The position numbers and the translations under genes were made by a program. The notes under the pieces are model-generated. The model was not told the DNA's origin, did no database searches, and saw only the letters and a list, made by a program, of their open reading frames with translations. Of a DNA stretch of 64,000 bases, positions 1 to 9,930 are shown in pieces. Source of the stretch: Torpedo marmorata (taxonomy: Eukaryota). Position 1 is the first letter of the stretch. Every line of letters starts with the position of its first letter. Location: assembly GCA_977017645.1 (NCBI GenBank), contig OZ360219.1, positions 161,944,001 through 162,008,000 of the forward strand, in the 5' to 3' direction.

Positions 1-14
1 GCCAGCCGTCGCTG

Positions 15-3000
15 ATGGCTACAGCGGCTGGCCACCATGATAGCCTCCTGTACGTTTGGGACAGACACTCCGGGCGCAGATTCCTGGTAGACACGGGAGT
101 GGGAATCAGCGTCCTTCCCCACTCGGGCCACGATACCAGAAACAGAGGGACCGGACCGGAGCTCACAGCGGCCAACGGCAGCACCATCCGCACCTACGGC
201 ACGCGGACTACCCCCTTGCAATTCCGTTCCAGCCGATTCACATGGACTTTTACGCTGGCCACGGTGTCACAGCCATTGCTGGGTGCAGATTTCCTTCGCG
301 CGCATTGTTTGCTCATGGATTTGAAGGGACTTCGGCTGGTCGATGCAAAGACATTCCAAACCTTTCCCCTCGGTGAGGACAAATTGCCGGCTCCGCACCT
401 AGACTCCGACACTTGTTCGGACAACGAGTTTGCCAGGTTTTCCATCCATCATCACACCGCAGTTTTCCACAGCAGCCCCCAAACACGGCGTGATGCACCA
501 CATTCCCACACAGGGACACTCCCTGCACGCCCGGGCCCACAGGCTACCACCAGACAAGCTCCGACTCGCGAGGGAGGAGTTTAACAAGATGGAGGAGATG
601 GGGATCAAGCGGCGTTCGAACAGCCCTTGGGCCTCCCCGCTCCATATGGTGCCCAAGTCCGCGGGAGGATGGAGGCCGTGTGGTGATGACAGGAGGTTGA
701 ATGACGCAACCATCTCCGATAGATATCCAGTCCTGCACATCAAAGACTTCACGGCCAACCTGCATGGGGCATGCATCTTTTCAAAAATTGACCTGGTTCG
801 AGGGTATCACCAAGTCCCAGTCCACCCAGATGATATCCCAAAGATGGCCATCATTACCCCGTTCAAATTCCTCAGGATGCTATTCGGCCTCAAAAACACA
901 GCACAGACCTTCCAGCACCTCATGGACACAGTAGGGAGGGAACTGGACTTTCTGTTCATCTATCTAGATAACATCCTGGTAGCCAGCCACTCCCGCCGGG
1001 AACACCTGGCACATCTGCGCCTGCTCTGCCGCCGCCTCAGTGACTACAGCCTGGTGATCAACCTCGCCAAGTGCCAGTTCGGCCCACCCACCATCGACTT
1101 CTTGGGATACTGGATCGACCGTCACGGAGTCGTCGCCCTGCCGGCAAAAGTGGAAGCCATTCGTCAATTCGTCAAAGGATTGCAAGAATTTGTCAGGATG
1201 GTTAACTTTTACCACCAGTTCATTCCTTCAGTGGCCCGGATCATGCGCCCCCTTTTCGGTTTGATGTCCGGCAAAGCCAAAGCAGTCGCCTGGACGGAAG
1301 AGGCGACGGCAGCTTTCGACCAAGCCAAGAACGCTCGAGCCAACACCACACTCTTGGTCCACCCCTGAGTAGACGTGCCCACGGCCCTCACTGTGGACGC
1401 CTCCGAGGCAGCTGTCGGTGGCGTCCTTGAACAGTTAATCAAAGGCTAATGGAAACCGCTTGCTTTCTTCAGCCGGCACCTGCGACCCCCAGAAATCAAG
1501 TACAGCGCGTTCGACAGAGAACTGTTGGCCCTGTACCTGGCCATTCGGTACTTCAGGTACTTCCTGGAAGGGAGGAAGTTCACAAACTTCACAGATCACA
1601 AGCCCCTCACCTTCATATTTGCCAAAGTGTCTGACCCGTGGTCAGCCCGCCAACAGCGCCACCTGTCGTACGTATCCGATTTCACCACCACAATCAAACA
1701 TATCGCCGGGAAGAACAACATGGTGGCTGACGCGCTGTCGCGGACATCCATCCAGTCGGTGCACGCTCTGTCTCCAGGGGTGGATTACGCAGCACTAGCA
1801 GAGGCGCAACAGGTGGACAGCGAAATACCAGCATACCGAACTGCAGTCACCGGACTCCGCCTCGAGGACGTACCCATTGGGCCCAGAGGTAGCAAGCTAC
1901 TTTGTGACGTGTCCACTGAGCAATTCGGCCCATCGTACCGACCACTTGGAGGCACCGAGTTTTCGACGCCTTACACGGGCTGGCCCACCCTTCCATCAGT
2001 GTGACCATCCAGCTGATCGCGGATCGGGTCATGTGGCACTGCCTACGCAAACAGGTCGGGCACTGGGCCAGGACGTGCACACACTGCTAAACCTCCAAGG
2101 TTCAGAGGCACGTAAGAGCACCACTGCAAACTTTCCAGCCAATGCATAGGAGGTTCGAGCATGTGCACGTGGACATCTTCGGCCCACTGCCCGTATCGAG
2201 AGGAGCAAGGTACCTATTTACAATGGTGGACAGGTTCACGAGGTGGCCGGAAGCTGTTCCAATCGCCGATACGATGGCGGAGACATGCGCCAGGACTTTG
2301 ATCGCAACCTGGGTGGTGAGGTTTCGGCTCCCTGCCCACATCACTTCAGAGGGGTACAGTTCACCTCTAATCTATGGTCCGCACTGGCGCAGCTCCTCGG
2401 AACCCAGCTCCACCGAACGACTGCGTACCATCCACAATCAAACGGCCTGGTGGAACCTTTCCACAGGCACCTGAAACCAGCCCTGATGGCACGCCTCCAA
2501 GGGCCAGACTGGGTAGACGAGATCCCCTGGGTGCGACTGGGCATCCGCACAGCACCCAAAGAAGACCTGGCAGTGTCATCAACCGAGCTGGTTTACGGCT
2601 CCCCGCTCACAGTGCCCGGCGAATTTGTGCCCGCACCCTGTGGCCAAGAGGACACACCGAGGGAGGTCCTAACGAAGCTCTGGGAGGAACTTGGGACACT
2701 GGCTCCGGTACCGACGTCCCACCACGGAGCAGTGCCCTCCTTCGTGCCCAAGGACCTGCAGCAGAGTGAGTACGTTTTCATTCGCCGAGGAGTGCACAGA
2801 CCACCCCTGCAGCGGCCGTACGTAGGACCCTTCAAGGTGGAGCGCCATAATGGGACAACCTGTGTTTTGGACATTGGTGGCCGGGATGAGATGTTTACCA
2901 TAGACCGTCTCAAACCGGCACACCTGGACATTGAACGACCAGTCGTGATGCTACCTGCTAGGAAACGAGGCCGACCACGAAAAATAGACAGTGTACAGGT

Positions 3001-3040
3001 TACAGTTTCCGCGTCTCCTATCGTTGGCTCTGAGGGGGTG
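15..3040 (+). pseudogene. Gypsy pol (PR-RT-RH-IN), broken by frameshifts and stops
   Basis: ORFs 15-584, 430-1368, 1525-2004, 2142-2474 and 2243-3199 carry successive pol domains in different frames. Confidence 0.93.
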
Positions 3041-3043
3041 TCA

Positions 3044-3306
3044 TGTGGCGGCTCACCCACGCGGCAGGCGAACCGGCTCCAGCAGTCGCCGACAAGCCCG
3101 CAGTCAGCAGCATTCGCGGGGACACTCGGTGCGGTGCAAGCCGCGGCCCGGAAGTTGACGTCACTTCCGCCCCGCCGGGCGCTAAGGTCGCTGGGATAGG
3201 CACGGGGTTTTTAAGTGCGTGATTTCAAATCAGTAAAGCAGTTACTCTGAAATTCTCTTCTCGACTCAGTGTGTTTTCTTCAGCTCGCTGTGGCATAGCA
3301 GCCACA
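3044..3306 (+). repeat. 3' LTR of Gypsy A
   Basis: Starts TGTGGC after the PPT and ends GCCACA (terminal inverted repeat). GC content drops right after 3306. AGTAAA polyA-like signal at ~3232. Confidence 0.8.
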
Positions 3307-4975
3307 CCTTCTTGAAATCAATATTTTAAGATTCTTGACATTATTTCATAAAGAATTTGACGACAATAAAAAGGTAGTATTCTTTTCAAAATATATTGGG
3401 GCAAATATGAACATATATAATACACTTTATTGAACAACCATGTTAAGATTCCACATTTGTGCACTCACAGTTTTGCATTGCAGGAAATTGTCAAAAGACT
3501 GCCAGTGCTTTTTTCTCCATTAATTTTAATGGGCCAATAGCCATGAGTTGTTTATAAATGATCAGATTGTTCTCTCCTCATGAACAGAAGTTTGAGATTT
3601 AAAAGTTGTATTCAAAATTATGAGGGTTTAACAGTAGATTTAGAGAAACTTTTATCCATTATTGAGCAATATGATAGCCAGCAGACTCAAATTTACGATA
3701 ACCAAGAAAAAGACGAGGGATGCTGAGGAGACATTGTTTAATAGTAGGAAGCCTTTATGATTTTATTGCCTGAAGGAATGATGAAGGCCAATACAAAAAT
3801 AAATTTAGAGATTATTATAAATACATTTGAAATAGTAAAATCTGTGGAACTACAGTAAAAGTGCAAGTGAGCGGGACTATTGTACAATAGAAACAGAACA
3901 ACAAATGCCTTCTTCAGTGTCATCCAGCTCTACCATCTCCTGCAATGTCCTGCATCCAAGCACCAATATTCGCATGTAAGAGAGTAAGTATTGCTCTCTA
4001 ATCAATTTTGTATAATAATGTCATGACTGTGTAAGATAAATTAAGTGAAGGCATGCAATCGAGGCACAAACTTTTTAAAAATATCAGATACATTAGTCAT
4101 CACATCCAATTACAAGAGCCTGGGAAATTGGAAGCACTAGAATGGAGATAACAATGATCTATAAATACAATTCTCAACTCTTGCCATTCATTTAATTTGT
4201 GAAAATAGCTGGTCATGGGAACAAACTGAATACTTCAAATTATAATTGGAGTAGGCAGTAAACTGAAATTGGAACAATAAATCACAAGAGTAAACTTATG
4301 AAGCATCTTTGCAGAATACTTTAAATGATAAACACACAATGTAATGTAAAGATCATTTTTGCACATTTATAATGTACAAGTTTGGGAATGAAGGCCATTT
4401 GCTCTACCACCCATTCAAGTATGAGAATGTTGATTTTAGCAGGAAAAATAAGATCACCTATTCAATGAAAGTTGAGGTAGAGAACTAAACAGAGGCAGAG
4501 AGGGTGAGCAAATTTAAGTTCTTTGGAGTCACTATCTCAGAGGATCATTCCTGAACCCAGAACACTAATGGCATCGTGAAGAAAGCACGTCAGCGCCTCT
4601 ACTTCCTCAGGAGTTTGCGGAGGTTTGGTATGACACCAGAAACCCTGGCAAATTTCTACAGATGTATGGCGGAAAGTGTGCTGATCGGCTGCATCACAGT
4701 CTGGTATTGGGACACCAATATCCCTGAGCGTAAAGCCCTCCAAAAGATAGCGGACACAACCCAGGACATCACAGGCAAAACCTTCCCCACCATCGAGAAC
4801 ATTTACAGGGAAGTCTGCTGTCAGAGAGCAGCAGCAATCATCAAAGCTCCAAACCACTCAGAACATGCTCTGTTCTCGCTGCTGCCATCAGGAAAGAGGT
4901 ATAGGTGCCACAAGATTCATACCATCAGGTTCAAGAACAGCTGCTACCCCTCCACCATCAGACTCCTCAATAACA

Positions 4976-5130
4976 AACCAACTCCCACAATATACTACAA
5001 AACCTCCAACTCCCACAATATACTACAAAACCTCAAACTCCCACAATATACTACAAACCCTCCAACTCCCACAATATACTACAAACCCTCCAACTCCCAC
5101 AATATACTACAAATCCTCCAACTCTCACAA
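4976..5130 (+). repeat. 28-bp tandem repeat (~5.5 copies) at the Penelope 5' junction
   Basis: Unit AATATACTACAAACCCTCCAACTCCCAC with 1-2 variant positions per copy. Confidence 0.95.
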
Positions 5131-6149
5131 CTACCTGGATTACACTTCCTCACACCCTGTCCCCTGCAAGGATTCCATCCCCTTCTCTCAATTTCTCCGT
5201 CTCTGCCGCATCTGTTCCCAAGATGAGGTCTTCCAGTCCAGAAATGTCTGCCTTCTTCCACACGTGGCTTCCTCTCCACCACCATCAACTCAGCCCTCAC
5301 CTGCATCTCCTCCATTTCCCACTCATCTGCCCTGACCCACTCTGCCCCCAGACGCAACAAACATAGAATCCCCCTCATCCTCACCTACCACCCCACCAGC
5401 CTCCGCATCCAACACATTATCTGCCGGAATTTCCGGCACTTACTACAGGATCCCACCACCAGACACATTTTTCCTTCTCCTCCCCTCTCGGCCTTCTGCA
5501 GGGACCGCTCCCTCCGCAATTCCCTCGTGCACTTATCCCTCCCAACCCATCGCACCCCCGGCACCTTCCCCTGTGCCCGCAGGAGGTGCAACACTTGGGC
5601 CCACACCCCCTCCCTCACCACGGTCCAGGGCCCCAAACAGGCCTTTCAAGTGAAGCAACACTTCACTTGTACATCCAGAGAACTTATTTACTGCATCCGG
5701 TGCTCCCTTTGTGGCATTCTCTACATTGGAGAGACCGGTCGTAGATTGGGAGATCGCTTCGCTGAGCACCTCCTCTCCATCCGCAACAACAGCGTCCTCC
5801 CAGTAGCCAACCATTTCAATTCCGAGTCACACTCCCACACTCACATGTCTGTCCATGGCCTAATGTACTATCCCACCCAGACCACCCGCAAATTGGAGGA
5901 ACAACACCTTATTTTCCGTCTGGGCACTCTCCAGCCAGATGGCATTAACATTGACTTTTCTGCTTCCACTAAACTTGCTCACCTTTTCCTTCCCCTCCCT
6001 GTCCTTCCAGTTCTTCCACCCACCCATCCCTCCTCTCCCTCATTGCTGCTGTCCCCTCCCTCCTTTCTCCACCTATCATCTCCTGCCTTTGCCACCCCCC
6101 CCCCCTTCCTCCCCTCACTCTTTTGTTCAGACACCTGCCGGCATTTTCT

Positions 6150-6190
6150 CATACTTTGATGAAGGGCTCAAGCCGGAAACGTCGGTTATG
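6150..6190 (+). ncRNA. Minimal hammerhead-ribozyme-like motif in Penelope pseudo-LTR
   Basis: CATAC-T-TTGATGA-AGGGCTCAAGCCG-GAAA-CGTC-GGTTATG: core (C3U)UGANGA, stem II, GAAA, GUC. PLEs are known to carry minimal hammerheads. Confidence 0.6.
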
Positions 6191-6662
6191 TATTTCTACC
6201 TTTGCTACATAAAAGACACTGTTTGACCTGCTGAGTTTCTCCAGCATTTGTGTTTTTACTTCAACCATAGTGTCTACAGATTTTTGTGATTTACGACTCA
6301 TTTAAGGACTCTTACTTTTGCATTTTATTGATTTTTTTATCTCTGTATTGCATAGTCAGTTTGTTTACATTTCTTTCTTTATTTACATGTGTACGTTGAG
6401 TAGTTGTTTTTTTTGCATGACCAATAAGTGGTAATTCTGTCTCACCCACAGGAAAAAGAATCTCAGGGATGTATGTGATGTCATGTATGTACTCTGACAA
6501 CAAATCTGAAATCTGAAACTCTTGGCAATAAAAACGCATTACTTGTTAAAAGCAGCAAAACTAGTTGAGAATTCAAAGTATGGGATTAATTTTTGAGGAA
6601 CAGAGTATAAAAGCCTAAAAGACTATCTTACAATGAATACAAAATATTGATAAAACTAAACT

Positions 6663-6917
6663 TCAAGTCAAGTGAAGTCAAGTTTATTGTCATCTGATTG
6701 CACAAGTACAACCTGACGAAACAGCGTTCTCCGGTCCTCGGTGCAAAACACGCAGACACACCACCAGACATGACACACTCACACACAAACAATACATATG
6801 CAGGACAAGTATTCATCTGTACAAATAAATAAATAATTTTTGTTTCTTAAATATGAGAGCCTCAGATAGTTAGTGTGAGCAGTTTGTTTGGTCGTTCAGC
6901 ATTCTCACTGCCCGTGG
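6663..6917 (-). mobile_element. Rex1/Babar-like LINE 3' end
   Basis: (CTTGA)n-type tail on the minus strand. Shares the GGACCGGAGAAC...GTACAA...AATAAACTTGA motif with 18040-18350. Confidence 0.65.
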
Positions 6918-9569
6918 GAGGAGGAAGAGGAAGAAAAAGTGGGAGGAAGAAGAAAAAGGAGAAGGAGAAGAAGAGAAAAAAAACTCAAGTACTATATACA
7001 GTACATTTCTGTTGCAAACTCAAAAAGGATACTTTAGGACTTGAGATATTGCAAATAAGATTTACAAATTGGCCATAAAATATTCCATTTACAAACACTG
7101 ATATTCTTTCCTTACCCATACAAGTCAGCATCTTTCAGACGAAAGCAAAAATTGTACAGAAACATCATCAACAACCACCAATCATTCTAGCTCCTGTAAT
7201 CAAAATATAACATCCATGTACCACATTCAAGCATGTTTGATGTCACACATCACCAGATTTAAAACTGGCATATCATATCTTTGTAAAAGTATAATTATAA
7301 TTTGTTATGAAAATTATTGCAAACAATAACTCTGTAAATATGTGATGTTTTAAGTGATTTTGTACAGATGAATCCTGATGTGATTTTATACTTCCAACAA
7401 TCATTGTTGTAATCTGCTTTCTCTTGGCTCTTTCTCGCTAAAACATCATATCCAGCTGTGGAACTGGGCTGGCAACCAGGAAAAAGCCTGTGCCAATGCT
7501 GATTTGTAATCAGACATTAGGAAATGCACAAAGGATTTGGATTATCTCTCACTCCAAATTTATGTTCACTAAGTGATCTTCATTCAATATGTTCTCTGGA
7601 AGTCTTGGTCATATAACATTACCCTACAACTCTATGGCACAACATAGCCACCAAAAATGCCACCTGCCTCAGTATATTTTAATGACTTGACAGGCTGTCT
7701 GTACAAATTGATAATTATTACACATAGACAATAAAAACCACATTTAATAAATTAAGACAAGGGTATTCAAAAGAAGCTTACTTTCTGTGCATAAAAATAA
7801 TAGATTAGAAGTCTTGAATTAATCTTAAAATATATTGTCACAGAATGATTTAATAACAAACCATTTATATTATAATTTGATAGCAAAATATTTATATGAT
7901 ATTTAAATAAATATAATACTAGGAATTTAGTGTAGATAGAATCCCTTTTAAAATAATTTTACAACACCAATAAAATAGCTAAAAAATCAAAATCTCACAT
8001 CGGAATTAAATGCAAGTACTGTACTATTCGTTATGGTTTAAGTAAAATATTATAGTTGCAATGTTCACTTGGTAAGAATATAAATATCTTTAATTTATAT
8101 GGTTCGTTTCATGGCCTTAGGATGCCCCAACAATAAAAACTTTAATTTATACAATATCAAGCTTACTCTAATTAACATCAAGCTACAATAAGAATTTTTA
8201 TGGCCCATTACCAAATACTTGGTCAAGGAAATAGGATCATCTTAAAAAAATGAAAGGTAGAGAGGTGGAGGGATGAAGAGTTTTTGCAAGGAAATTCTGG
8301 AACAAAGAAGATGCGAGTGCCAATGGTGGAGATAATAAATTTAAGGATGTGCCTTGCTCTATAAATTAAGGAGCACAAATATCTCAGAAGCAATATAAAT
8401 TAGAAGAGATATAACAATTTGAGAGGGGCAAAACCAATGAAGGATCAGCAAGCAAAGATAAAAACCTTCAAGTTAAGCCAGTCCTTAACTGGGAATTAGT
8501 ATGTGCATGCAAGCAGATAAAGGATAAGTAAATGAGACTTAAAATAAAAGTGAATTAGGGCATGGATGACTTCAGGCTTTGTTGAGAGCAAATTAAGAAA
8601 AGCCAACTAGGAAGTGTATTAGAACAAACATACCTGGAGGTGGCTAAGGCATGAATGAGAGTTCTAGCTGAAGCATGGCAACATTATTAAGGAATAATTC
8701 AAAAGGGAATGAATAGAAGGACCAAAATACAACTTGGGGCCAAGTATAATAGGCAGTGGATTATCTGATCTAGTTTCAAATATTTTCCAGAAAAAGGTAT
8801 ACAGTGAGTAGTGAGGGGCCAAAGTTCCTGGATTGTAGACTGAAAATATTAGTTGCAAAAGGTGCATGTGAAATTGAAGCCATGCTTTTGAGTGATATTA
8901 CAAAGGAGCACCACAAAAATAGAAAATCAGATGGGACCAAGGATAGATCTTTTTGCAATGCCAAAGACGATGGTATGGGAAGAGATGGCATTTGTTGAGG
9001 GTTGGCTTGATATAATCAGGCAGACAGGAGAGAATTGATAACAATATTAAGCTGATATAGGTGCCAGATAGGGAAATCCATAACTAGTAAAATACGTCTG
9101 AAATGCAGTCTCTGTTATACTTACAGAATAGATTCACAGAGAGCTGATAGCATGGAAGGAAGCCATTGATCCATTAAATCCATGCTGGATGCATAAAGAG
9201 CAATCTAGCCACTTCTCCAGTCCAAGCCAACTTCCCTGCCATCTCTCCTTTGCCTTGGAAATAGTTTCCATCCAGGTATTTATCAAATTTCCTATTGAAT
9301 GCCACATGTAACATGATAAAGGAATAAAAATGACAGGAGCAAGAGCAAGTTTTATTGTATCTGTACATTGTACTTATATATAAGACAATAAACTCTCATT
9401 CATTCATTCAAGTCATGCGTGGCATTCCAATAGCCAATTTGTACTCATCTAATTTGAGGCATAATGTTGTTTAGAACCTAAAGAAATGTTACACCTCAGT
9501 TCAACAAATTTGTCCCCAGCAACGCAGTACTCATTCAGTACTGCACTGGAATGTCATCCACAGGTAGAC

Positions 9570-9930
9570 AATGGCACTGCTCTACTAGCACTGCTCATAG
9601 AGCCGCTGCCTCACTCTGCCAGATACTGATGTTCAAAATTGATTTTGATGCTGTCTGTGTGGAGTTTGCACATTCTCTCTGTGGCTCCATTGGTTTCATC
9701 TGGGCATCAGTTTTATCCCACATCCCAAAGACACACAGATCAGTAGGTTAATTGGCCACTGCTAATTGACCCCAGTGTGTGGATAAGTAAAATAATCTTG
9801 AGGGGGAGGGGGGAAACAGGAGATACAAAGTACAAGAATATTGGGATTAATTCAAATCAGTGGTTGATGGTCGGTGCAGACAGTGAGCCAAAGGAGCTGT
9901 TTCTGTGCTGTATCTCTCAGTGACTCTAAT
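9570..9930 (+). mobile_element. tRNA-derived SINE (HE1-like), decayed
   Basis: GCTGCCTCAC...GCTGTCTGTGTGGAGTTTGCACATTCTC...CCCACATCCCAAAGAC...GGTTAATTGGCC core, followed by a CR1-type tail (GGCCAAAGG..CTGTTTCTGTGCTGTATCTCT-like). Confidence 0.65.

Larger units (their letters stand above)
1..3306 (+). mobile_element. Ty3/Gypsy LTR retrotransposon A (5' part outside window), decayed
   Basis: Domain order is protease (FLVDTG, LLGADFL), RT ([15 protein letters not shown]), RNase H (VDAS, RELLA-like, TDHKPL, ADALSR), integrase (HVDIFGP, AYHPQSNGLVE, GPF). A G-rich PPT at ~3032-3040 precedes the LTR. Confidence 0.95.
4976..6294 (+). mobile_element. Penelope-like element, 5'-truncated (end of RT, GIY-YIG endonuclease, pseudo-LTR)
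   Basis: IYYK..NSHNYLDYTSSHP..CK.SIPFSQFLRLCRICS (RT C-terminus). CTSRELIYCIRCSLCGILYIGETGRRLGDRFAEH and LEEQHLIFRLGTLQPDGIN (GIY-YIG), with frameshifts. Confidence 0.9.
4490..6518 (+). mobile_element. Rex1/Babar-like LINE 3' fragment, interrupted by a Penelope insertion
   Basis: KKARQRLYFLRSLRRFG...FYRC..ESVL.GCITVWY...LLPSGKRYR (DUF1891-type C-terminus) at 4576-4970. The 3' UTR resumes at ~6295 and ends in an (AAATCTG)n tail at ~6502-6518. Confidence 0.8.

Noticed and set aside
4976-5130. 28-bp repeats as a CRISPR array
   Set aside because: Units are directly adjacent with no unique spacers, the context is eukaryotic, and the unit derives from Penelope coding sequence.
4576-5335. 216-aa and 156-aa ORFs as host genes (mucin-like or ALKBH8-like)
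   Set aside because: Chimeras of a Rex fragment, the 28-bp repeat and Penelope RT.
6916-6982. Lys/Glu-rich ORF
   Set aside because: Simple purine-rich low-complexity tract.
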